From assembly GCA_964391015.1 (NCBI GenBank), contig CAYMKU010000001.1, positions 148,805-212,804 of the forward strand: DNA of 64,000 nt, in the 5' to 3' direction. The stretch is from an uncultured Ignavibacteriaceae bacterium. GTDB lineage: Bacteria; Bacteroidota; Ignavibacteria; Ignavibacteriales; Ignavibacteriaceae. The notes below the pieces were generated by a model that saw only the letters and a program-made list of their open reading frames with translations, was not told where the DNA came from and searched no databases. Made by a program: the position numbers and the translations under genes. Below, one piece after another: positions 7,997-17,016 of this stretch. Numbering within the stretch: the stretch's first letter is position 1; each line of letters starts with the position of its first letter.

Positions 7997-9145
7997 ATGT
8001 TAGCGGCAGATAAGTACAATTCAATCTTTTATGATATTTTAAGAAGTTGGTCTAATCCACTTATTCTAATTATTCTTTTGACGTTAGTGGTACTTGTAAT
8101 TATCTACTTTCTTAACCATTATCTTGTCAAACCATTAGAGCAAAAACATATTCAAGAAAAAAAAGATATCGAGCTAAAAAACAGCAAGTTAATGGCTCAG
8201 TTTGCAGAACTTGATCCTGATCCGGTTCTTAGAGTTGATCATGAAGGTAGAATAAATTTTTTCAATAACGCTGCATACTCTTTATTAAAAATCGAGCGCG
8301 ATGCACAAGTTACAAATGGTATCTTCGAAATTTCACTTGCCGAATTACAAAAAAAAATTGACTCAAATGAAAGTCATTCCTTCGGTTTCAAGTTCGATGG
8401 AGTTCATTACAATGTTTTGTTGAAAGGAAATTCTGATCTTGGAATTGCTCAATTTTATTTTCGTGATATTTCAGCAATAAAAAACCTGGAAATTAAATTG
8501 AAGCAGCTATCCACTTATTTACAAAATCAGATTGATGAAGAACGATTTCGAATTGCTCATGAATTGCATGATGGTATTGTTCAAGATCTATATTTTGTCC
8601 AACTAGGACTAAGGAAAATTACCGATGGATCCGTCGAAGCTATGGATGAATTGCTACAGCCAATTAAATCTCAACTTGAAAATACAACAGAAGAATTAAG
8701 GAGAATCATTTATGACCTTAAACCGAAAGTTCTTGAGGAAATGGGGTTAGAAGCAGCTCTAAAAACACTATGCAATAACATAATTAAAGAAAGCGGAATA
8801 TCCGGTAGTTTTCAAATTATCGGTGTGAATCAGAGATTGGATAAAAAACTTGAAATTTATTTTTATCGGCTTATTCAGGAAGCTTTGACTAACATCGTAA
8901 AACATTCAAATGCAAGTGAATTTAGCGTTATACTTGTAAAGGATGAAGATATTCTACGAACAATTATAACGGATAATGGATGCGGAATAATTAGTAATGA
9001 AAAAATTGAACAAAAAAACAGTGGCTTTGGATTGTTAAATATGAGAGAAAGAACCGAAGGACTCGGAGGTAAATTAAAAATTGATTCTTCCGAATTGAGT
9101 GGCTCAACAATAATAGCTGAAGTTCCTGTTTGGGAGGAATTATAA
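7997..9145 (+). CDS. sensor histidine kinase (HisKA_3 / NarX-DegS type) with TM and PAS-like region
   Basis: N-terminal TM helix. H-box HELHDGIVQDL, N-box EALTNIVKHSNA, G-boxes DNGCGI and GFGLLNMRERTEGLGG. Confidence 0.85.
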   Translation: MLAADKYNSIFYDILRSWSNPLILIILLTLVVLVIIYFLNHYLVKPLEQKHIQEKKDIELKNSKLMAQFAELDPDPVLRVDHEGRINFFNNAAYSLLKIERDAQVTNGIFEISLAELQKKIDSNESHSFGFKFDGVHYNVLLKGNSDLGIAQFYFRDISAIKNLEIKLKQLSTYLQNQIDEERFRIAHELHDGIVQDLYFVQLGLRKITDGSVEAMDELLQPIKSQLENTTEELRRIIYDLKPKVLEEMGLEAALKTLCNNIIKESGISGSFQIIGVNQRLDKKLEIYFYRLIQEALTNIVKHSNASEFSVILVKDEDILRTIITDNGCGIISNEKIEQKNSGFGLLNMRERTEGLGGKLKIDSSELSGSTIIAEVPVWEEL

Positions 9146-9148
9146 AAC

Positions 9149-9829
9149 ATGTTAAATCATACAATCAAAATCCTAATTTCAGATGATCACGAGCTTTTCC
9201 GCAAGGGAATCATCAGTCTTCTCCTCGATGAAAATAAAATTAAAATAGTTGGTGAAGCAAATGATGGAAAAGATTTGATATATAAATATTTTAAGTTGAA
9301 ACCTGATTTAGTCATAACCGACATATCCATGCCTGAATTATCGGGAATTGAAGCAGTACGCATTTTATCAGAGAAAGATTCAAATGCGAAAGTCATATTT
9401 TTATCTATGTACGGCGGTGAGGATTACATATACCATTGTATTAAATCCGGTGGATCAGGATTAATACATAAAAATGTTTCCAAGCAAGAATTACTTCACG
9501 CCATTGAGATGGTATCAAAGGGTAAAAAGTATTTTGGGGGTGAGTATTCTGAAGAACAAATTGAGCAGCTTATCCAAGATTACGAAGCGCATTCACACAA
9601 TCATATTTCAGCAGGGATAGATTTACTAACAAACAAGGAGATGGAAGTACTTTCATTGCTTGCCGATGGGCTTACCAACAATGAGATAGCCGAAAAAATG
9701 TATATAAGCAGAAGAACTGTAGAAACTCATAGGTCTAATATTATGGAAAAATTGAATCTAAAATCCTCCCCTCAATTAATAAAATATGCAATTTCAGTCC
9801 ACGAAACTTTTAAAAAGAAAAATCTTTGA
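9149..9829 (+). CDS. response regulator, NarL/LuxR-family DNA-binding
   Basis: Receiver domain (ISDDHELFRKG, VITDISMPELSG) and C-terminal LuxR HTH (LTNKEMEVLSLLADGLTNNEIAEKMYISRRTVETHRSNIMEKL). Starts 3 nt after the kinase gene. Confidence 0.9.
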   Translation: MLNHTIKILISDDHELFRKGIISLLLDENKIKIVGEANDGKDLIYKYFKLKPDLVITDISMPELSGIEAVRILSEKDSNAKVIFLSMYGGEDYIYHCIKSGGSGLIHKNVSKQELLHAIEMVSKGKKYFGGEYSEEQIEQLIQDYEAHSHNHISAGIDLLTNKEMEVLSLLADGLTNNEIAEKMYISRRTVETHRSNIMEKLNLKSSPQLIKYAISVHETFKKKNL

Positions 9830-9906
9830 TACAGCTTTCTAAAGTTCTAAGTCATTACTTAAAAATCATTTTCTTTCAATTCTAACCAAAAACATACTGT
9901 GTAATC

Positions 9907-9938
9907 TTTAAAAATCCGTAATACTACGGATTTTTTTG
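9907..9938 (+). terminator. rho-independent terminator after the response regulator; right copy of the 32-nt inverted repeat pair
   Basis: tttAAAAATCCGTAATACTACGGATTTTTTTg. Stem ATCCGTA/TACGGAT extended by A/T pairs, followed by a T7 run on the plus strand. Confidence 0.75.
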
Positions 9939-9979
9939 CACAAGGGACATTGTATGTTACAGTAAAAAAAGGAGAAAAA

Positions 9980-10405
9980 ATGAAAAGAACATTATTTGTT
10001 GTTGTAACTATTACTTTAATAAACGTAAGTGTTTTCTCACAGGGAAAAATCTTGAGCAAAGAAAATGCTAACGAAATGTTTGGAGCAGTATTGATTTCAA
10101 ATCAAATCTCCACTGAAACATTAAAGTTGCTAGTAAACAACAGTACAAAAGTAATTATGTTTAATTTTATCAATAATGATGTTTATATTTTAGACAATAA
10201 AAGAAGAGTATTATTACCTGCAGGGTTCTCTGTGAATAGTTCAGAAGTGTTTCATGTATTCGCAACATCAATTGTCAATGAGTTATTAAGCAGTGGAAAT
10301 AACTCCGACACATACATAGAAAAACGTCAAGAAGTACTAACTGTTACAAATGGTAATTATACATTGGAATTTGCATGGTTATGCCCACCTTTTTGTGTTG
10401 ATTAA
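9980..10405 (+). CDS. small secreted hypothetical protein
   Basis: I prefer the internal ATG at 9980, which is preceded by aaaggagaaaaa. MKRTLFVVVTITLINVSVFSQG looks like a signal peptide. The ORF-track start is 9950. Confidence 0.55.
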   Translation: MKRTLFVVVTITLINVSVFSQGKILSKENANEMFGAVLISNQISTETLKLLVNNSTKVIMFNFINNDVYILDNKRRVLLPAGFSVNSSEVFHVFATSIVNELLSSGNNSDTYIEKRQEVLTVTNGNYTLEFAWLCPPFCVD

Positions 10406-10965
10406 TGGAATTAATAAAAAGTATCCAACTCATAAGCACATTCATATGGGTTTTTGTTCCTATAAGACAATTCAGAACGAGATTTTTCTTATTCTTTCTG
10501 GTCTTAGGCTTAATGGATATTGTTTACTTTCTTCTTATACTATCCGTGCGAATAAACAGTCTCTCGTATTATTCAATCGGTATAATTATACTTTTGTATT
10601 CCGCTCTAATCAATGTAAAGCAAAATAATAGAATTATAGTAACAGCAATATCCATGAGCATTGGAATCGTTATAATTTTAATGCTGCCCTCTCAAGCATT
10701 AATCTTTCAAATGGCAATACACTTAATAATTTTTATTTTCTTCATAAAGATATTGGTAGTTTATTTCAGTGAAAACCGCAAGCTTTTACTATTTCATATA
10801 ATGTTAGTTATCTATGAATTTTCATTGTTGCTTAAGTTTTTTGTCTATTATCAGGAGGTAGGAGTCGGTCCAGTTTATTACTCTGTTACAACAACAATTG
10901 AAGTAATAATTGGTATATCTTTTCTTTTCATCAACGAACTAAATAGCCCTAAACTTACTGTGTAG
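10405..10965 (+). CDS. polytopic membrane protein, hypothetical
   Basis: 186 aa, almost entirely hydrophobic helices. Its start overlaps the upstream stop (TAATG), which suggests translational coupling. Confidence 0.6.
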   Translation: MELIKSIQLISTFIWVFVPIRQFRTRFFLFFLVLGLMDIVYFLLILSVRINSLSYYSIGIIILLYSALINVKQNNRIIVTAISMSIGIVIILMLPSQALIFQMAIHLIIFIFFIKILVVYFSENRKLLLFHIMLVIYEFSLLLKFFVYYQEVGVGPVYYSVTTTIEVIIGISFLFINELNSPKLTV

Positions 10966-11007
10966 TTATATTTTCATTACCCTTTCACCAATAAAAATAA
11001 CTACATG

Positions 11008-11360
11008 TGGAGGTGGCGGGAGTCGAACCCGCGTCCGAAGTTAAGACTCAAAGAACCTCTACGCACATAGTCTGTTGTTTTTTAACTTTAAGCTACCTAA
11101 CAGACGAGGATCACTTAAAGTTTGCCTGCTAAAAAATTCGCTTCACCTGCGCAGACAACAGAGTCAGCTATCATACTTAAACGACGTTCATCCAAATTCC
11201 AGTATGAGAAAATTTAGTGAACGGCTACTCAATTAATTAAGCAGCTAAGGCGTAATTATATTCGCCAGTTATTGTTTTTCCCAATTTTTTAACGTGTCTT
11301 TGGGGAACACGATGCGCAGTTCAATGCTTCTTTAACCCCGTCGAAACCAAATTCACCCCC
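11008..11360 (-). ncRNA. ssrA: tmRNA (SsrA)
   Basis: The reverse complement starts GGGGGTGAATTTGGTTTCGACGGGG and ends GGGTTCGACTCCCGCCACCTCCA. The acceptor stem pairs G1-C, G2-C, G3-U. Internal tag ORF: GGC GAA TAT AAT TAC GCC TTA GCT GCT TAA, giving GEYNYALAA. The 3-prime CCA is not encoded (the next bases are CAT). Confidence 0.9.
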
Positions 11361-11410
11361 AAGGTGAACTAACATTTATCAAATCACAAATATCAAACCA
11401 AATTAGAATC

Positions 11411-11959
11411 TTATTTGTTCCATTTGATATCCTGATGACCGGAACATTTGTTTTCATAGCGCGAAAGAACAAAGAAAAGATCGGATAATCTATTTAAAAA
11501 TATAATGATATTACCACCAACCTTCACCCTATTATTTAATGCCACAACTTTTCGTTCTGCTCTTCGACAAATCGTTCTACAAATATGAAGCAAAGCAGCC
11601 GTTCTTGATCCACCAGGCAGTATGAAATTTTTTAATTTTTCTAATTGTGCATCGTAATAGTCAATGGCTTTTTCAATATCCTCATAATATTTTGAAGGTA
11701 CACGTTTAACTTTCAGTCTAGTTGCTTTATCTGTGGTAGGCGTGGCTAAATCAGAGCCTAAATGAAATAGCTGGCTCTGAATTTTATTAAGTAATTTTTT
11801 AATGTTTTTGTTTTGTATTTCAGTGATAGTTAATCCAATGAACGAATTTAGTTCATCAATTGTACCGTATGCTTCTATTCTATCTGATTTTTTTGAAATT
11901 CTTTCACCACCAAAAAGACTTGTTTCCCCCCTATCACCGGTTTTTGTATATATCTTCAC
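11411..11959 (-). CDS. ATP:cob(I)alamin adenosyltransferase, PduO type
   Basis: N-terminus MKIYTKTGDRGETSLFGG..ISK...RIEAYGTIDELNS is the classic PduO/MMAB signature. 182 aa. Confidence 0.85.
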   Translation of the reverse strand: MKIYTKTGDRGETSLFGGERISKKSDRIEAYGTIDELNSFIGLTITEIQNKNIKKLLNKIQSQLFHLGSDLATPTTDKATRLKVKRVPSKYYEDIEKAIDYYDAQLEKLKNFILPGGSRTAALLHICRTICRRAERKVVALNNRVKVGGNIIIFLNRLSDLFFVLSRYENKCSGHQDIKWNK

Positions 11960-13059
11960 TTTTTAAATGGCAGCTTTTTAACGTGAACTTTGATTTGGTT
12001 CCTGTCAGCATTTTTAGCAAACAAAGTTAAACCATCCTCAAAATATTTTCTTTTTACAAAACCGATTCCAATTTGCTTTTTGAATTTGTGTGAATTGATA
12101 TTTGAAGTTATTGTCCCTGCCTCAACATTGGAATCATCGAAAAGAACAAACTTCTCAAATTCATCAACTGTATCTTCGAAAGTGAAACCGCAAAATTTTA
12201 TTTGTACTTTATCATAAGTACCAAGTCGTGCTACAACTTCTTGCCCTATGTAACAACCTTTAGTGTCATTCACAAGGTTTATTAACCCAACTTCGTGCGG
12301 ATTGTGAAGATCATTAATTTCATTTGGTGCAATTGGGATCCCATTCTCAATGCGGTAGTGGTTGTATGCCTCTTCTCCGATCAGATTAAACCCGAATGGT
12401 CCTTTATTTTCCACCATGTATCGGATTAACTTTTGTGCATACGTTGGGTCTGCAAGAATCCAGTAAATCAGTTGTCCATTCAAATCATAATGCTTCATTA
12501 AAAAGAAAATTATCCCCTCTGTATTCATAATTTTAATGGTATTTGGCTGAATATTATTAACAACATTTCCGTTTATCAACGTCATAAATGAATCTGCCTG
12601 CGGACCAAGGACTTCGAACAATGTATATTTTCCATTGATGTTACTCAACTTAACATCATCAGATATCACATACTTTTGAAGCCATATTATCATTTTTTCC
12701 TGATGCTCCTGACTAGAAACCAAAAGCTGATAATCATCCAGATTTATTACAACTGCTGTATCTATTATTTTTCCTTTTTCAGTTATAAAAATTGTTTTTG
12801 TGATTTCTCCTTTTTGTATGTCCCTAACTAAATTCGTGCTGATTCTATTTAGAAAATCAAGAACATCGTTACCTTTTAATTCTATGAATCCACAATTTGA
12901 TATGTCACGAATTCCGACACCCATGTAGAGAGAGTGTAATTCACTCTCCAGCACAGAAAAATTACTTAACCCAGCAACGGTTGAATTGTTGTTTGAATTA
13001 TTATCAATCGAATCTTTCAACTCTGGAAGTTGGTTTGATCCTGTATTTAGTTCTGTCAT
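11956..13059 (-). CDS. folate-binding GcvT-family protein (YgfZ-like)
   Basis: KGCYIGQEVVARL motif and GcvT-like length. I prefer the Met at 13059 (MTELNTGS...) over the ORF-track start at 13122, whose extra 21 aa look non-native. Confidence 0.65.
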   Translation of the reverse strand: MTELNTGSNQLPELKDSIDNNSNNNSTVAGLSNFSVLESELHSLYMGVGIRDISNCGFIELKGNDVLDFLNRISTNLVRDIQKGEITKTIFITEKGKIIDTAVVINLDDYQLLVSSQEHQEKMIIWLQKYVISDDVKLSNINGKYTLFEVLGPQADSFMTLINGNVVNNIQPNTIKIMNTEGIIFFLMKHYDLNGQLIYWILADPTYAQKLIRYMVENKGPFGFNLIGEEAYNHYRIENGIPIAPNEINDLHNPHEVGLINLVNDTKGCYIGQEVVARLGTYDKVQIKFCGFTFEDTVDEFEKFVLFDDSNVEAGTITSNINSHKFKKQIGIGFVKRKYFEDGLTLFAKNADRNQIKVHVKKLPFKK

Positions 13060-13183
13060 AATGTTCCTTAAAATATTAGTAGCTAAACAACGTAAATCAT
13101 GTCTTGCTAAAACACACAGCAATTAAAGATAGTTAAATAATGATTATTAGAAAAATTCTATCAGCGAAATTTTCGGGAAAAGT

Positions 13184-14062
13184 TTAATATGGTCTTGTAT
13201 GTTTTTTATTGAGAAGATTCTGATACATACTATCATTTTGGTTCCACACAAATGGCACAGAATCTCCAGGCGTTATCTTGATTCCATCATCGTAATAAAT
13301 ATGTTCAAAATAATCAGGAAATTTATCATTGTTTATGTTTGCAATCGTCCGCTTAAAATTTATTCCTTCGTATGTCATTAAAAGATGAGGAGGATTTTCA
13401 AGTCCATTAATTAAAAAATAATTGTAGCTGATGTTCCCAATTCCTTGGGCATAATGAAAATTAACTTTAATGAAATCAGCTTTACTGTAACTCCATTTTT
13501 GGAGGGCCAAATAATTAAATCCTCCGTGAGAAGGAATTGGAGCTTCCCACAGTATAGTAAAACCTTCTCCTTCACATCTAAACAAAACAAGGTAGAAAAA
13601 AGCAGTCCCAAGTTTTGTACTGTCAAGATCAATAAAACTTTGGTCATAACCTACAATATTTTTTATCTCAATCAATCTTTCACCTGGTTTTGAACGGGCC
13701 ACCACTCCAAATACATACTTTGAATTACTAGTATAGTACAAAACAGCAGGATTGGGCAATTCATATGTTTCAGTTCTATCTTCACAAACCAAATAAGAGC
13801 CCTCAGAAAAATTGTTTAAAACAAATTCCATTAATGAAATAGTATCACAGGGAAATCTATTCTGAGCTTGTTTTTTCCTAACCTCGATATTATATCGTTG
13901 AATATCAGCATCCTTTTCAGGTGAATATGCTACTTCTTTTGTAAGGGATTTTTCCTTGTCAAGCCTTTTACTTTCCTTTGAACAATAGGCAAAAAGAAAA
14001 ATTATGATTAGAACAGGTAATACATGACTTAAGTTATCAGTAATTGAGCGAATACTTCTCAT
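13184..14062 (-). CDS. hypothetical exported protein or possible lipoprotein
   Basis: Hydrophobic N-terminus ending ...FLFAYCSKES. No recognisable catalytic motif. Directly abuts the upstream peptidase gene. Confidence 0.5.
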   Translation of the reverse strand: MRSIRSITDNLSHVLPVLIIIFLFAYCSKESKRLDKEKSLTKEVAYSPEKDADIQRYNIEVRKKQAQNRFPCDTISLMEFVLNNFSEGSYLVCEDRTETYELPNPAVLYYTSNSKYVFGVVARSKPGERLIEIKNIVGYDQSFIDLDSTKLGTAFFYLVLFRCEGEGFTILWEAPIPSHGGFNYLALQKWSYSKADFIKVNFHYAQGIGNISYNYFLINGLENPPHLLMTYEGINFKRTIANINNDKFPDYFEHIYYDDGIKITPGDSVPFVWNQNDSMYQNLLNKKHTRPY

Positions 14063-15430
14063 TTATGTAACCGAGAATTCCTCGATGAAATTAGCTGAAC
14101 TAATAATACCGAGATGAAAGTGATTTAAATCGAAGTGTTCATTAGGCGAATGTAAGTTTTCAGAATTCAATCCCAATCCCATAAGAACCACTGGTGCTTT
14201 AAGTTTTTTTGCAAATACCGTAACGATGGGAATAGATCCTCCTTCGCGAATGAAAACAGTTTTTTTACCAAATGCTTTTTCCATTGCTTTAGCTGCAGTA
14301 ATAGAAGCTCTGCTATCCAAAGAAGTCATACTCGGAAAACCTCCGTGTAAATTGGAAACTTTTACTTTAACATACTTTGGTGCCAATTTCTTTATGTGTT
14401 TCTCAAACTGCTTAGCCACTTTGTTTGGATCCTGATTGGGAACTAATCTCATACTAATTTTAGCTGTAGCTTTAGATGGAAGAACTGTTTTTGCCCCTTT
14501 ACCTGTAAATCCACCGAAAATTCCATTGCAATCTAATGTAGGTCTTGCCCAAATTCTTTCCAGTGTAGTGAATCCTTGTTCACCATGAAGTTTTGATACA
14601 CCAACCTCTTTAGCAAAATTTTTCTCTGAAAATTTTAACCTTTTATAATTTTCTTGCTCTTTCTTTGTCAGTTTAAGGACATCATTATAAAATCCAGGAA
14701 TCGTAACTTTCCCATTTTTATCATGTAATTTTGAAATCATTTGCGCCAACGTGTTAATCGGATTTCCTACAGCACCTCCAAAGGTACCGGAATGCAAGTC
14801 ACGATCTGGACCAATTACCTCTACTTCCATATAAGCCAAACCTCTTAAACCGTATGTTAATGTAGGAACGCCAGGAGCATAAAGTGATGTATCGGAGATA
14901 AGCACTGCATCACTCTTCAGAAGTTCAAGATTATTGTTGATGAACAGTTCTAGATGTTCGCTTCCAATTTCTTCCTCACCTTCTATTATAAATTTTAAAT
15001 TAAGCGGTAAGCTGCCAACTGTTTTGAAGAATGACTCAACACTTTTAAAATGCATGAAAATTTGTCCTTTATCATCTGTTGCTCCACGCGCATAAATTTT
15101 TCCACTTTTTATTGTAGGTTCAAATGGCGGACTATTCCATAAATCAATTGGGTCAACCGGCTGCACATCATAATGACCATAAACTAAGATTGTAGGTTTA
15201 CCAGGAGCACCAAGCCACTCACCATAGACTAATGGATGCCCTTCTGTTTGAAACAATTCAACACGGCTCATCCCTGCTTGCCTCAATTTTTCCATCACAA
15301 AACTCGCACAGTCGTTAATATCTTTTTTATTTTCCGATAGTGTGCTGATACTAGGAATTCTAAGAAAGTCTTTTAGTTCACTTATAAAAGATTCCTTATT
15401 CGCCTCAATATATTTTAATGTTTCTTCCAT
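14063..15430 (-). CDS. M20-family metallopeptidase (dipeptidase-like)
   Basis: YGHYDVQP, ARGATDDKG and EGEEEIGS metal-binding and catalytic motifs. 455 aa. Confidence 0.85.
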   Translation of the reverse strand: MEETLKYIEANKESFISELKDFLRIPSISTLSENKKDINDCASFVMEKLRQAGMSRVELFQTEGHPLVYGEWLGAPGKPTILVYGHYDVQPVDPIDLWNSPPFEPTIKSGKIYARGATDDKGQIFMHFKSVESFFKTVGSLPLNLKFIIEGEEEIGSEHLELFINNNLELLKSDAVLISDTSLYAPGVPTLTYGLRGLAYMEVEVIGPDRDLHSGTFGGAVGNPINTLAQMISKLHDKNGKVTIPGFYNDVLKLTKKEQENYKRLKFSEKNFAKEVGVSKLHGEQGFTTLERIWARPTLDCNGIFGGFTGKGAKTVLPSKATAKISMRLVPNQDPNKVAKQFEKHIKKLAPKYVKVKVSNLHGGFPSMTSLDSRASITAAKAMEKAFGKKTVFIREGGSIPIVTVFAKKLKAPVVLMGLGLNSENLHSPNEHFDLNHFHLGIISSANFIEEFSVT

Positions 15431-15648
15431 TATTTACCTCCAATTTTATGATGCGAGATTGTCAAACTGAAATTTCTAAAGTTTAATCAGAAAATTTTTA
15501 GGGAGTTCTTAATTTTTTACTCTCTTGATCGAAACTTAATTAAATATGAATTAATTCGGAAAGTAAACCAGTAATGTAATGTGTTAGGAAAAATTATAAA
15601 CTAATATAATTTCTTGTTAAACAATTTAAGCAATGCTATTTTCGCTCT

Positions 15649-17016
15649 ATGCTTTTAATTCGCTACATATTGAGAAGCCACTTTGCTCCTTTTGTATTCT
15701 CGGTATTTACGCTCACTTGTATATTACTTTTGCAATTTTTGATGAAGTTTGCGGACAGATTGGTCGGCAAAGGTTTAGACACCTTTATCGTATTTCAACT
15801 TATAGCATATAATTTAGCATGGATGTTAGTTTTAGTAGTTCCAATGGCTTGCCTCGTTGCAACTCTCATGGCATTTGGTGCAATGTCTCAAAACAATGAG
15901 ATTACAATTATCAAATCATCCGGGGTTAGTTTGTGGAAAATGATGATCGGTCCTTTGATTGCAAGTGCTGTACTCTGCTATCTTTTAATACTATTTAATA
16001 ATCACGTTTTACCTGATGCTAACCATAAAGCAAAGTTGTTAACCTTCGATATAAGCCGAACCAAACCCACTCTTTCATTGGAACCTGGAGTATTTTCTCA
16101 GGAGGTTAATAACTATGCGATACTTGTTCGAAAAATTGACAAGAATAGTAATCAACTTGATGGTGTAACTATTTATGATTACACCAATCCAACAAAAATA
16201 AACGTTGTTACGGCTGAGGGAGGAAAAATATTTTTTTCAAAGGATCAAACTAAGCTGATTATGGAACTCAATAGAGGTGAGATTCATGAATCAGATATGA
16301 TGAGAAAGAATATGTATAGAAAACTTGTGTTTACTAATCACCGGATTACAATGGATGCTGATCAATTCTCTTTCCAGCAGTCAACCCCAGGCGGACCGCG
16401 AGGTGATAGAGAACTCAGTTCAAATGATATGAAATATATTATTGACAGCTTGAGCATAATCAAAAACAAGCAGATTGATAATCTTACAATTGAATCAAAC
16501 AAATTTTTCTTTTCAGATTCAATTTCAACTGAACCTCGACCATACTACCAAAAAAATAACAATGAACTTCTATATGCAAAAGCTATTGAAAAAATAAATA
16601 CGATGAGAAATATTATGATTTCTGATACAAAAAGAGTCCAATTCACACAGGATGAGATTAATAAATACTGGGTTGAAATTCACAAAAAATATTCCATACC
16701 AGCTGCATGCATTATTTTTGTTCTGATTGGAGCGCCACTTGGTGTAATGACTCGCAAGGGTGGTTTTGGAATTGCTGCAAGTATCAGCTTATTTTTCTTT
16801 TTGATTTATTGGGCTTTCCTAATTGGCGGTGAAAAACTTGCAGATAGAAATATGCTTTCTCCTTTCCTAGGAATGTGGACTGCAAATTTCTTAATCGGAG
16901 CCGTTGGTATTTTGCTTACTATGAAATCCGTAAGAGAAACAATTACAATTGAATTTGAATGGATGAAAAAAATTTTTCCAAAAACATGGAGACAACAAGA
17001 ATCTGTTGAAGAATAA
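15649..17016 (+). CDS. LptF/LptG-family LPS export permease
   Basis: N-terminus LIRYILRSHFAPFVFS, TM clusters at both ends around a large periplasmic domain. Paired with a second family member. Confidence 0.8.
   Translation: MLLIRYILRSHFAPFVFSVFTLTCILLLQFLMKFADRLVGKGLDTFIVFQLIAYNLAWMLVLVVPMACLVATLMAFGAMSQNNEITIIKSSGVSLWKMMIGPLIASAVLCYLLILFNNHVLPDANHKAKLLTFDISRTKPTLSLEPGVFSQEVNNYAILVRKIDKNSNQLDGVTIYDYTNPTKINVVTAEGGKIFFSKDQTKLIMELNRGEIHESDMMRKNMYRKLVFTNHRITMDADQFSFQQSTPGGPRGDRELSSNDMKYIIDSLSIIKNKQIDNLTIESNKFFFSDSISTEPRPYYQKNNNELLYAKAIEKINTMRNIMISDTKRVQFTQDEINKYWVEIHKKYSIPAACIIFVLIGAPLGVMTRKGGFGIAASISLFFFLIYWAFLIGGEKLADRNMLSPFLGMWTANFLIGAVGILLTMKSVRETITIEFEWMKKIFPKTWRQQESVEE

Noticed and set aside
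7369-11007. Possible genomic island integrated at the 3-prime end of tmRNA (DUF3892, two-component system and two unknown proteins lie on the 3-prime side of ssrA)
   Set aside because: There is no integrase, recombinase or other mobility gene. I could not find a direct repeat of the tmRNA 3-prime end (…GAGTCGAACCCGC…) further left. The idea remains testable by comparative synteny but is unsupported by the sequence.
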